Shown in pieces: positions 47,690-59,700 of a stretch of DNA of 64,000 nucleotides (position 1 is its first letter; each line of letters begins with the position of its first letter). The notes under the pieces were generated by a model that ran no database searches, was not told the origin of the DNA, and worked only from the letters and a program-made list of their open reading frames with translations. Source of the stretch: Apostichopus japonicus (lineage: Eukaryota). The DNA lies in the NCBI RefSeq assembly GCF_037975245.1, contig NC_092564.1, positions 11,423,891 through 11,487,890 on the forward strand, given 5' to 3'. Both the position numbers and the translations under genes were made by a program.

Positions 47690-48433
47690 CTGAATTTTCT
47701 CTTCAAGATCTGTATCAGAATACATACATTCTACTACATAGTTTAAACTCACCTTCTTCCTTTGAAATACCAGCTTTGATTCAAACTCTAATTTCTCTTC
47801 CTCCTCTTGAAAACGGAGCTTGCCAAAACTATCAATATCTGCTGATTCAATTTCTTCCTCGGTCTCCATGGTGAAGTCATACTCTGGAAAGGCAAAGTCT
47901 GAGGATATAGTTCTCTCCCAGACTGGCATCTCCTCAATAACATCTTGTTTCTGGAGGTTACTGCCAAGATAGCTGGACGAATAACTCCCCCCGGAGACTG
48001 CTAGCTTGTGCTGCTGTTGGTGAGGGTCAACAAGACCATGTTGAAATTTCTTAGTATCATTCGATATAAGTCTCTTCTTGGCCGAACTTGTCTTCTGACT
48101 CAAAAGGTTACTACTCAACTGCAATGTGTACCCACTGAGGCTTTCTACCGAACTTGAAGGAGAAAACTTTTGGGTTGGTTTTCGTTTTAATGAAGTTAAT
48201 GACGGACCAAGAAGAAGAGACTTTGAACCTTTGCCACTATCAGAAGTCTTTCTTATGGAGGATTTCTGACCTGTTGAATTTGTTTTCTTTTCACACAAAA
48301 GAGTTGGTTGATATTCCTTGAGTAACTTGTTTTCTGTAGTGGTCTTCTCTTTCCCATGTATCATACTAGATGGTGATGACAGCAAGGATGACCTCAGAAG
48401 TGGGTTGGAGAGGTCTCTGCTCCTCAAATCCAT
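47690..48433 (-). CDS. TEP1: TEP1 first coding exon found (MDLRSRDLSNPLL...DTDLEEKIQ). Ser-rich, diverged N-terminus.
   Basis: 256-aa ORF beginning with ATG at 48433. Donor AAAATTCAG|gtagaa. More 5' coding or UTR exons cannot be excluded. Confidence 0.55.
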
Positions 48434-49004
48434 TTTGGATGTATCTCAAGATTTTCCCTGAATATGGAAAATTACAAATAGAATGTACAATATTAGTGTT
48501 CAAACGATTATGCATAACAGAAAATACCGATTACTGATTATTTTTTTCATAATCGAGTCCGATTCTGATTATTTGAAAATGAGAAAATATCCCGTTTATA
48601 CGAAATTGGCAATAAAGTTTGACAGAAACAGTTATTGTTGTGATTTTCCCCTGTTTCCTTTTGCTTTGTTGTAATACAAGGCTCTAAGGTATCCTTTTGT
48701 ATGTACCAAATTACCTCTGTTTTTCCTGTCTAGACTCTTAAACTCGTCCATCAAGCTTATGGATTTGAATTATGGGTGTTTTAATAAAAAAGATAACTTG
48801 GCCAAAAAAAGTGTAGGCCCGGGCCTACAGTGCTACATACTGGCTACGCCCCTGATAGTTCTAAATTAGGATTAGATCTCTTACTGAAATATCGCTGACC
48901 TAATAAGGTGATCAAGAGTACAAGTTTTATGTAGAAAAAGGGCACATTTTTATCCTGAGGAAAAGTGGGGGGGCACTTGCCCCCTGTGCCCCCCGGTTCC
49001 GCCG

Positions 49005-51864
49005 CCCTTGAAGGTACATGTACAGAGTAGTCTTACTTTTCAACTTCTGATACTTGTAGATACAAAGATAGTCCAGAAATGTCTTTGATACAACTGTAGC
49101 TAGTAAATGTTTAAGTTAGCCTAATAAGAGAAGGCGAGAGCTATCAGACGATTGCCATCTGATGCAAATTTCTCAAGTGTTTTCTCAACTGAAATATTAT
49201 CTGCGTAAACGGGTTCTTAACTACATGTTAAAAAACTGACAAGATCTGATCCTATAGTCTTTTTCGGGGGGTAGAGTGTTGAATGAAACTATCGTGCTAC
49301 ATACTGGCTACGCCCTGATCATATGATATCAGTATCAGCAGATTTTGTTTCCTGTTTAAATTCTTTTACATGTTCTTTTACATAATATATCAGAAAGACA
49401 AACATAGTGCTCTTTTACAAGTTTTCCAGTAGGATGATTCTTGTTTATTGTCCAATGTCTGGACTTTAATACATTTGACGAACTTAACTGATGGACTATA
49501 TAAACTTGAATATTTTGTAATACAGCCAGATATGCAGTGGCCTAAAAACAAATATCGTTATCGCAGTGTATTAGCAGTGTAATAATTATTTATAGGAAGT
49601 GCGTGTCACGTACGATTGCTAGCTTAGCTTCATAACATGCTGTTCGTGCAACAACTTAGGACGACTCATTGCACGAACGTTGTCGACGTTGTTGTGCATA
49701 CAGTTCGTGACATTCCATAGAGTGCGGTTAGGTAGGCAATATGTATTTTATAACGCAGTGGCCAACTGTAGGCTTGTAATTGGCTATATTTAAGCTAAAT
49801 TTAGCTAATTGCATCTGCCAAACTAAGTAAGTAGTTGAATCAGTAGGCGTGAATGTTACTACGATTACAATCGAGTTAACGGAGCTGACGAGTATTCAAG
49901 ATCAAAAGAGCACTGACAAAATACCATGCTAAAAAAAGACAGTTTAAAAAAAAAAAAAATATCGACACTGAAAGGGGGGGAGCGGTCGCTCCCCCTGCTC
50001 CCCCCTGGCTACGTCCCTGATGTGGTCGGAGATTTGTGGGGATTTTAGGTTTTTTTCGCTGGTACTGAAATTGCTTTGTGGAGGCCGTAATTTGCCACGG
50101 GACTTCCCGGTGATTGTGTGGGATTTGATGATTTGATGCGGGATGTGAGAACTGTTTGCGCTATTCGCGCTGCAACTGCAATTCCTAGCTAAAGCAAACA
50201 CATGTCACAATTAATTTTACACAGACACCTGATATAACGAGGGCGATTTTCTTTTATTTCTTTTTTTCTTTTTCGCACTCGTAATTGTGCTTTAGGAGGG
50301 CTTTTTTGCACTTGCGAGGGCGAATCGCCCGTCGTCTCCGCTTATTTCCAACCCTGTCCAGCACATTCATTAATTCGCGGGATTGGTATTGCTGCCATGC
50401 TTACTGTGCTTAATATGAAGTCACTAACCACTAACCACCCTTGAAGGTACATGTACAGAGTAGTCTTACTTTTCAACTTCTGATACTTGTAGATACAAAG
50501 ATAGTCCAGAAATGTCTTTGATACAACTGTAGCTAGTAAATGTTTAAGTTAGCCTAATAAGAGAAGGCGAGAGCTATCAGACGATTGCCATCTGATGCAA
50601 ATTTCTCAAGTGTTTTCTCAACTGAAATATTATCTGCGTAAACGGGTTCTTAACTACATGTTAAAAAACTGACAAGATCTGATCCTATAGTCTTTTTCGG
50701 GGGGTAGAGTGTTGAATGAAACTATCGTGCTACATACTGGCTACGCCCTGATCATATGATATCAGTATCAGCAGATTTTGTTTCCTGTTTAAATTCTTTT
50801 ACATGTTCTTTTACATAATATATCAGAAAGACAAACATAGTGCTCTTTTACAAGTTTTCCAGTAGGATGATTCTTGTTTATTGTCCAATGTCTGGACTTT
50901 AATACATTTGACGAACTTAACTGATGGACTATATAAACTTGAATATTTTGTAATACAGCCAGATATGCAGTGGCCTAAAAACAAATATCGTTATCGCAGT
51001 GTATTAGCAGTGTAATAATTATTTATAGGAAGTGCGTGTCACGTACGATTGCTAGCTTAGCTTCATAACATGCTGTTCGTGCAACAACTTAGGACGACTC
51101 ATTGCACGAACGTTGTCGACGTTGTTGTGCATACAGTTCGTGACATTCCATAGAGTGCGGTTAGGTAGGCAATATGTATTTTATAACGCAGTGGCCAACT
51201 GTAGGCTTGTAATTGGCTATATTTAAGCTAAATTTAGCTAATTGCATCTGCCAAACTAAGTAAGTAGTTGAATCAGTAGGCGTGAATGTTACTACGATTA
51301 CAATCGAGTTAACGGAGCTGACGAGTATTCAAGATCAAAAGAGCACTGACAAAATACCATGCTAAAAAAAGACAGTTTAAAAAAAAAAAAAATATCGACA
51401 CTGAAAGGGGGGGAGCGGTCGCTCCCCCTGCTCCCCCCTGGCTACGTCCCTGATGTGGTCGGAGATTTGTGGGGATTTTAGGTTTTTTTCGCTGGTACTG
51501 AAATTGCTTTGTGGAGGCCGTAATTTGCCACGGGACTTCCCGGTGATTGTGTGGGATTTGATGATTTGATGCGGGATGTGAGAACTGTTTGCGCTATTCG
51601 CGCTGCAACTGCAATTCCTAGCTAAAGCAAACACATGTCACAATTAATTTTACACAGACACCTGATATAACGAGGGCGATTTTCTTTTATTTCTTTTTTT
51701 CTTTTTCGCACTCGTAATTGTGCTTTAGGAGGGCTTTTTTGCACTTGCGAGGGCGAATCGCCCGTCGTCTCCGCTTATTTCCAACCCTGTCCAGCACATT
51801 CATTAATTCGCGGGATTGGTATTGCTGCCATGCTTACTGTGCTTAATATGAAGTCACTAACCAC
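49005..51864. repeat. Tandem segmental duplication of 1433 bp x 2 (49005-50437 and 50438-51864), nearly identical copies. The junction lies in a 7-bp direct microhomology (ctaacca ctaacca).
   Basis: Identical 85-aa ORFs at 49944-50201 and 51377-51634. cccttgaaggtacatgtacagag restarts at 50438. Each unit holds G-run/ggctacgcc MITE-end-like motifs, an A14 run and a CpG-rich segment. Confidence 0.9.
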
Positions 51865-52997
51865 GAGGGAAGCAAAATCGGCGACCCTGGCAGCCTAATT
51901 TGATAAAATAACATTGTGAAAGACGTATAGAGGGTGTCTTTATTATAATATTTCGTAGTTAAAGAACAAACCTTATACATCAGTTGATATTTTCAACTTC
52001 CACATGTTTTTGAATGATGATATTTTCACCTTCCATATGTTTTTGAATAATCGGTATGACATAACTGGTATTCCACGTAATTTTTACCGATTCTGATTAT
52101 GTTCCGATTATGCAATAATCTTACCGATTCCGATTAGGTTAATCGTTTGAACACTATACAATATATACATAGAATTAGGTGAACATTATATATATTAGAG
52201 CCTTTGAAAATAAAATGAAAATGACATAAAATGAACTAGGCAGAATTTACTCATATCAAAACTAGTAGTTAGTTAATTAACAACTAGCACAAGGTTAGGC
52301 TAGACCTACTTGCAGCATACCTCTGCAATGACATCTTGTTTTTCAGAATGCTGATAGGCCTACTGAAATTTTACACACCTACCTGTACAATGTTACAGAA
52401 TGACTCCAGAATATTTTGTAGGTAGCCTATTAAATCAAATAGGCCTACATGTTTTCAAACACAATTATTTAATGACATCCCTCGTTATGTAGATGAATCC
52501 CCTCACCATGGGTAGCTTGGAATGGAAATTAGCTTGTTGATCTGTAGTACACTGTATAAGTATACAGCTTGCCTTGGTGGATTCGGGTGTACAGTGTAGC
52601 TTAAATACACAATTACACGTACAGTACATAAGATTAGGCCTAGGCTGGGTAAACATGCACGAACTCACATATCAGTCACCATGTTTAAAGTAATGATTAA
52701 TCTATTATCTGAATTAAATATATTCGATTGCAATACCTGTCGAATTATGTTAGTTAACAGCTTCAGTTTGCATCAGTAGCTTTGTAAAGGCGTCTTACAA
52801 TGAATTCGCCCACAACGTTCCGTTCCGGGGCCCAAACACACACTGCACAGGTATGCGGTTGCCATGATAATGTGCAATACCATGGTGTCTGAAAAGAAGT
52901 ACGATTGCGACATTCCCTGCAATCATCAGGGAGGATATCCGATCACGGATCAGTCTCTGGTTTAGTAGGGAGGGGTACTTCCCTGGTATTCATTACC

Positions 52998-54192
52998 CAG
53001 TGGCGTAGCCAGGAACTTTTCAGTGGGGAGGGGGCGCTGGGGGCTTGACCATTTCTGGGAGGGCGTCTTGTTACTATCTAAGCGGAGCGCCACCATGAGT
53101 TGGCGCGCAGGCCTCTTACGGATCGTCGGAAATGACACTTCCCGGGCCTTGCAGGCAGGGGCGTCAATCCGATTTGAAACTTGGGGGGACGTAATCGATT
53201 CGAGTATTCCGGCCGCAAGTACTATCTAAGCGGAGCGCCACCATCAGTTGGCGCGCAGCGTATCAATAAAATTTCAGATTTCAATACCTGCCAGATCGCT
53301 GGAGATGGCACTTGCCAGGCTGGATAGCGGCCATCTAGTTGCGTGATTTCGGGAGAAAATTACAAATTCGTCACTCAGGAGTCAGGAAATCTGCAATAAA
53401 GTTCATGCGGCCTTAATTTTTACGGAATATGCTCCCTATTTCATTTCCCCAATATTAGGGGACGGGCACCGTTTTTGCCATCATCTACAACTAAACAACA
53501 AATATATACGGCTTTGGCTCTAGCTATGAAGTGCCATGACTTCTTGAACTAGTTTTTGGCTCCGGCCGCACCATTATCCGCACACAACTTGTGGTTTCAA
53601 TCTCAAATTTCGCTCGTCGCGACGCACAGACAAAGTTGCAGGTCATACCGATGTGAAAACTCTCGGTCACTTTTCATAGAACTGACTAACCAAGTAGAGC
53701 GACGACACTGAAATGTGTGTGTGTGTGTGTGTGTTGGGGGGGGGGGGGGGACATTTGATAGTGTGTCCCATCCATCGAAATATGTGGGACGTGTCCCCCC
53801 GCCCCCCCCCCCCCCAGGATTGACGCCCATGCTTGTAAGCTGCTCTAAAGTTTCCTCAACATCCCTCTGAAACATTATTAGGGTGATAGACTGATTCTCA
53901 GCGATAGTGTTGTCTCCTTTCTTGAAAATTTGACTGTTTTAAGAGCATCGGGGTACGTCCCAGAAGTGAAAACCCGGCCTATGCGCTATGTCACGTCCGG
54001 TTTTTCAGCAACTATAGCCTACTGCCTGTCTGCGGTCGCAGGGTCGTTCATGCAATTGGAGTGATCATCATGGAGATTCGAGACCATTCAGACCAATGAT
54101 ATATTTTTCACCCAAAATCCCAGTGGGGCGACTGGGGGCGACAAGCTTTCATGGGGGCTGTCACCCCCACGCCCCCCTTGGCTACGCCACTG
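52998..54192. mobile_element. Non-autonomous hAT-like element (MITE), 1195 bp, with 13-15-bp TIRs CAGTGGCGTAGCC / GGCTACGCCACTG and a perfect 8-bp TSD TCATTACC.
   Basis: TSD copies at 52990-52997 and 54193-54200. TIRs start with CAG. Subterminal G-runs. An internal direct repeat (ctatctaagcggagcgccaccatSagttggcgcgcag at 53066 and 53224). No transposase ORF. Confidence 0.8.
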
Positions 54193-55832
54193 TCATTACC
54201 TTGTCAATTTCAAATGTTCCAGAATAGGAGATAGCTACGGTTATACTATAATAACACGTTTGGAGTAAATTATGTACACCGTACCCCGCATGCTGCAGCT
54301 GGGCAAGCACCACAGATTCACTGCATATGTTGTGGCAGCGCTAACAAAAATTGTTCACGACAGTAACACTAATTTAATATATAATAAGTAGCCTGATTAC
54401 TACTGAATGTACATTTGGGAACGCAAGTTATCCAAGTAGGCCTATAAGCCTGAGTTTAAAATTTTTTGCGAAGTCTGTTTTAAATATGTCTCCCCCCAGA
54501 ATGCAACATATTTGATGTCTAATTTTTTATACTCCCACTGAGACCCCGACACAGGAAATCGCTTCCCCGCCTCATTTTAAAAATCCTGGTCTCTCCCTTA
54601 ATTTGATCAAACTGCACAAAACGTCAATTAAGAACGGCCTGACTTATGAAGTTATTACACAATATTTCTTTCCTGTATCGCCTAATGTAAATTGCTGTTA
54701 CATGGTGACTTCAGGCAGGATCGCAAAAAAACCTAATTATTATACTTATAGGCGTAGGAGCCCAATTTGATTTTTTTGGGGGGGGGGGGCTGTAACGACG
54801 TCTCTGAAAAATATAACCAACATTTTTCGCGCACTCAGCGCGCGTTCAACATGTTAATGTACATATCATATAGGCATGCATTGGTTACTACATCGCAAGC
54901 CATCGTGTACCGTATAGTCCATGAAAGTTGCGCAGTATCATGCCAATGTAAACAACGAACTGTCTTATGCAGATGAAGAAAAAGCATGGAGGGCCAATTA
55001 TGTCAAAACTCTCTTTTACATTGTAGCAATGGCGAATCAGTCGGGCAAGTTTAGAACTTTATTTTAATAACCAAGATTTTTTTAAACTATTGATTTCCTT
55101 TAGCTACATCAATGCAATTTATTTTTCTTCCAGTAGGTGCCCGAATAATTCTCAGCATATTGCCCGAAATTTCACCAGCCCCCACCCCTACGCCGCCTAC
55201 CACCGCCTCCTACGCCTGTGATTATACTGAAGGTACGCATGTTTTACGCATTAAAAGAAACCTATGCATTTAAAAGAATCCTTAAGTCATATGTTGCCAG
55301 CAATGATTCGTTAAGTAACAATGATACAATATTTATTCAAACCGGTAAGCCCTCCAAATTTCGCTATAAATTGTATAATGCGCCGTTAAAGTTACCAGTA
55401 TCTAATTAACGTTAATGTTTTACTGTTCTCCTTTTCTTTTCTAGATTGTTTGACATTCTTTTTGTAAACGTGCAAATAGTTATACTCCTTTTGAATATAG
55501 CGAAATGTAATGAAATAAGTTACACAATATAGATTAGCCTACTGTAAAGAGTTTCCTTCCCTCACCTGCTGGGACCCAGTTTTTTTTACAATTGTATAGT
55601 AGCCCACGTATACATTTGTTCCCATGTAGGCTTCTGTCAGGAAGAGACATGAGATACAGCCCCGGTGCCGGAGTCAATACTAGGGGCGGTAAAATACGCA
55701 GTGGCGCGAGAAAAAATATTGGGCCTGAAGAATATTGCATTCTTACTTTCGTAATAAACGAAAAACAAAAAATGAAGAGTGCAGACATCGGTTACTGTGA
55801 TATAACTGTGTGTTCGGATCTCGTTCTGAGCC

Positions 55833-56194
55833 CAGGGGCGTAGCGAGCGGGGGGGGGGGTGTGGGGGTGTCACACCCCCCCCCAATAATTTGGTCGCTGT
55901 CGGCAAATTTTGGGTCTGTCGGCAAAAGGAGAAAAGGTGAAGAGAGCGGAAGGGGAAGAAAGAAGGAAAGCTGAATAGAGAAAAGGAGAACGGGAGCTTC
56001 TTCCGTGCCAAATTTGACTTAAAATATGCACCAGATTGCATCTAAGGACGTTTCAAAACTAAAAATTTTCCAAAGGGGAGGGGTAGACCCCCTACCCTTA
56101 GACCCCTCCCCCATTTCAGTCACCACTTCCCGATCCGTCGGCAAATCAAATTCTCCACACCCCCCCCCACAAAAACCCCTTCGCTACGCCCCTG
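55833..56194. mobile_element. Second hAT-like MITE of the same family, 362 bp, with TIRs CAGGGGCGTAGCG / CGCTACGCCCCTG and a perfect 8-bp TSD TCTGAGCC.
   Basis: TSD copies at 55825-55832 and 56195-56202. Subterminal palindromic G/C runs (gggggtgtcacaccccc). Confidence 0.8.
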
Positions 56195-56679
56195 TCTGAG
56201 CCTGTCTGCTCTGCTCGTTTCACTCATGTCATGTGCATCACATGAATCAAAATGACGATATTGGGTTGATTGGTTTGGCCAGAGAGGGGAGGGGGGGGGG
56301 TTGGTTGGTTAGGTGAGGTGGAAATTTATCAGAGTTTAGCTACCGTGTTTTCCCTCTAGCGACTGGATTGTTTCAGACAGCCTAATAGTAGTTTCAAATG
56401 ATGTGCCGTATAGCATAAGGAAATATTCCATGTCGTAATGAGAAAAGGATAGAATTCAATACATAGGCTGACGTATTCATCCTGACATTTGTATTTTGTA
56501 AAACCAAATGAATGACTAAGAATGATATTTCATTCTATAGGATGCACAATTCTCATCTGACAAATGTGTCATGTATTTTGCACACATGTCGGTTAATTAG
56601 TCTTGTCTGTACCGTTTGTGCATGCGTTGTCGTAATACTCGGTATAGGCCGATAATAATAATATTTATAAATGTTTATA

Positions 56680-56691
<12 letters not shown>

Positions 56692-56749
<58 letters not shown>

Positions 56750-56750
56750 C
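56692..56750. repeat. (TA)n microsatellite, about 29 units.
   Basis: Read in sequence. Confidence 0.95.
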
Positions 56751-59700
56751 TTTCCGCCTCTGCTTGCACATACAATTAATCGCAAAATCTCACCATAAAC
56801 TATATAGCTGAAAGCATTATAACACTGCAGTTATTCGATTGACGAAAATTGTCAGTGCATATATATTATCATGGCCTAATACCTGTGTCTAGCTCATCAT
56901 TTCACAAGTACATAAAATTCACCGTCCCTATATGTAGGCTACCCTCCTTTTCATGGTCCCTTGTAAATCATTTCCACCAAGATCGATTCGCCCGCACCCG
57001 TTTCTTTCCAATGCGGCATGGATGTATTGTTGTAATCAATATTTAGCACCTACTACAGCCATTCAAAGGCCATAGCTATTCCGGGCATACATAGTTACAT
57101 TCTACAGGTGTTTAGAACTTCACAGCAGTCCAAATATTCACATCTAACGATTTTAGTGACAGTGCAGCATTGGTACAGTAAATCCAGTAGTAACTAACAA
57201 CTTGCTATGTATATATGACTGCAGTCTATATGACATCATGGAAATTGGAAGTGCAGCCCTGTTGATTTCGTTTCTAGTTATAAATATTGTCTATATTGTT
57301 GAATCTTTGCCAGCTTATCTCTCCTTCTCAGAGAGATTTCATTTGGTAAGTAATTGAGCACCAATCAAAATTGTATCGGTTTTGAAATTAAAAATACGTA
57401 TATAGTTAGCCTAATTGTATCTTAACTCCGTAGAATGTATGTACCCACAATATATGAGTATATGCAAACTGTGTACTACAGGCCAAACACACAGTTCCAA
57501 CCTTTTATTTAATACTATATTTCATTTAAAGCGTATAAGTGTTTACTTATTATTAATTTGTTATATATACCTTTATAAACTCCCCAATCACCCATCCCAT
57601 TTCGCCCCTGTAAGAGTATCATATACAAACACATGATGAATTTATCTTGCCACATAATACGATTTTTCGTGATGCTTTTCTGCCTCTGATATTAATATAT
57701 AGGGCTTTACATATAAATTATTATGGCCATTCAGCAACATATATATATACTCACCAATATTAACTGGATGAGGATACCAGTATTAAACGTATTTTAATTG
57801 ATACATTAGATTCTCGAATCAGTATGCAAAAGCTGTATCCTAATTAAATTCATGTCAGCCGAATCGTAAACGAGAAGAAGGGTATAGACTCTAGTCCTCA
57901 TATTTCATTTTAAATAGTAACACTGTAATATAATAAAGACAAGTTCTAAGCAGATATAGCCTGGATCTAGTCGATTAAAGTAGATGGACCGTCTGGAAGC
58001 CATCGTTACGAACATGTCTCAGTACTTTATTTCAGTAAAAGCTGCATTATTTTGGGTTACTCTTTGTTCTATGATGCTATGGATTTGTACTTTGCCTACA
58101 TCACTTCTTCTTCTTTTCCAGCTGTTCATAAATCAGTCTATAAGCCGCCATAAAAGTATCAAGATCCTTGTAGTTTCTTATTCTCCAGTATAATATATTT
58201 ATATTATCAGAGGCTGTGAAGTCATCACATGCAAAAAGCGTACACTGACAAGAGAAATTTACTCATGAACATATCAATTAATATGATCATTTCGTATAGC
58301 AGTCCACGTACTTGTTTGCTATTATAATTACAAGAATAGTAAGCGATATGCATGATAAGCGTTTTATAATTTAGGGGAACATTAAAAATTAAACCAAAAT
58401 CAATGAAGACAATAGAAAATGAACATTGTTCATCGTTTCGGCAAAATGTTGTCAAATAAAGATGGCAGTATTGTTGAATCAGATTGCAGGTATTTTCCCA
58501 TTTTGATATTTAAGTGGACACAAGCCCAACCATCGGCGTTTAGTTTATATGGCAGAGATCTTTGCTATAAGAACAAATCCCCAAACACTTAAAGGAAACT
58601 CTTGCTCTGCTTGGAGATACCCTATAGCTTAAAAGTCGTGTCTGGGAGCTGTTATATTGTAAATAAGTGATATAATTGTGACACTAGGATCTGAGACCTT
58701 TTACTTTCTTCTTTGTTTTAATTTAATTCCATATTTTAAAGCTGAAATGTTAACAGTGTTGACCCCGAAATCAATGCCATCAGTAAGTTATCAGCTTAAG
58801 AGCTTTATTGTTTTAGATTCAACAATTGCAAAATTCATCTCCATTATAGAAAATAAACATTGCCAAGAAAAAAAGAAAAACAAAATTGATCCACACGTGG
58901 GTCGATGATGTCATCTTTAGACTTGATCAAGTCTCCAACATTTTACATGTGAAGAAACATTAAATTCGTGATATCTCGCAAATGGAATAAGATGTTTGGG
59001 GAAGTTGTTTGTGCAGACAGGTATATCTCATATATCAATTACGATATAAGACGTTTTGCTTTGAGTCTCCTTAATATACATCTATATACTTTTATAACTA
59101 TAGATTCCACAGCCAAAGATTATGACAAAATTTCACGCCAAACGAACTTGCAGGATCGGATTATCCATTAGACAAACATTTAAGATAAGTGCCTAATTCA
59201 CCCCTCCCCCCCCCCCCCATTCCATATCAATGGGTAACATGTAATTATTAGGTTCTTTGGTATCACGAAGTTTTAGAAGGTTTCTCATCATTTTCATTTA
59301 TTCTATAATCCAGGAGAACAGGGACTTAACTGTGATGAGTGCTACCACTAAAGACTATCGTAAAAATGAAAATGGACCAACCAATACAGGTACTGGGCTT
59401 TACGGTATGCTATGATCAACGCCAACTGCTCACATCACACGAAATGCCATGACTGAATGCATGTTATAAATGTTACAACATTCACCATATAAGCTATACA
59501 AGGTTAATATTGTAGAACTAGATGTTAATGGTGTGTATACGGGTATAAGTGCATGGCTTACATGTTAAACGAGATTTGTTATTATGGTTGTTATACTCAT
59601 GTTGTTGTTAGATGTTGTTATTGCTTTTAAATTCATATGTTAATCAGACATGGTTGATATATGATTATTGTAAGAATAAGGAGTCTATCATCGTCATAAA

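Larger units (their letters stand above)
13367..48433 (-). other. TEP1: Gene span of the telomerase/vault protein component 1 ortholog (TROVE + DUF4062 + NACHT + WD40). 49 coding exons resolved, 8055 coding nt.
   Basis: Domain order and many collinear motif matches to human TEP1 ([18 protein letters not shown] vs YPCYWGG; ESPFNNQ; QQAANQP; C-terminal QGNVYFLNWE vs GQVYILEF). All exon phases chain. The total length is divisible by 3. Confidence 0.85.

Noticed and set aside
49944-51634. Two identical 85-aa ORFs (MFALARNCSCSANSANSSHIPHQIIKSH...) on the - strand.
   Set aside because: They are identical only because they sit in the two copies of the 1433-bp tandem duplication. They have no recognisable domain and low complexity. 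They overlap a poly-A run, a G-run and MITE-end motifs. They are most likely non-coding.
55637-56041. A 134-aa - strand ORF (MQSGAYFKSNLARKKLPFSFSLFSF...) overlapping the second MITE.
   Set aside because: It lies across the MITE body and G/C homopolymers. It is low complexity. No coding signature.
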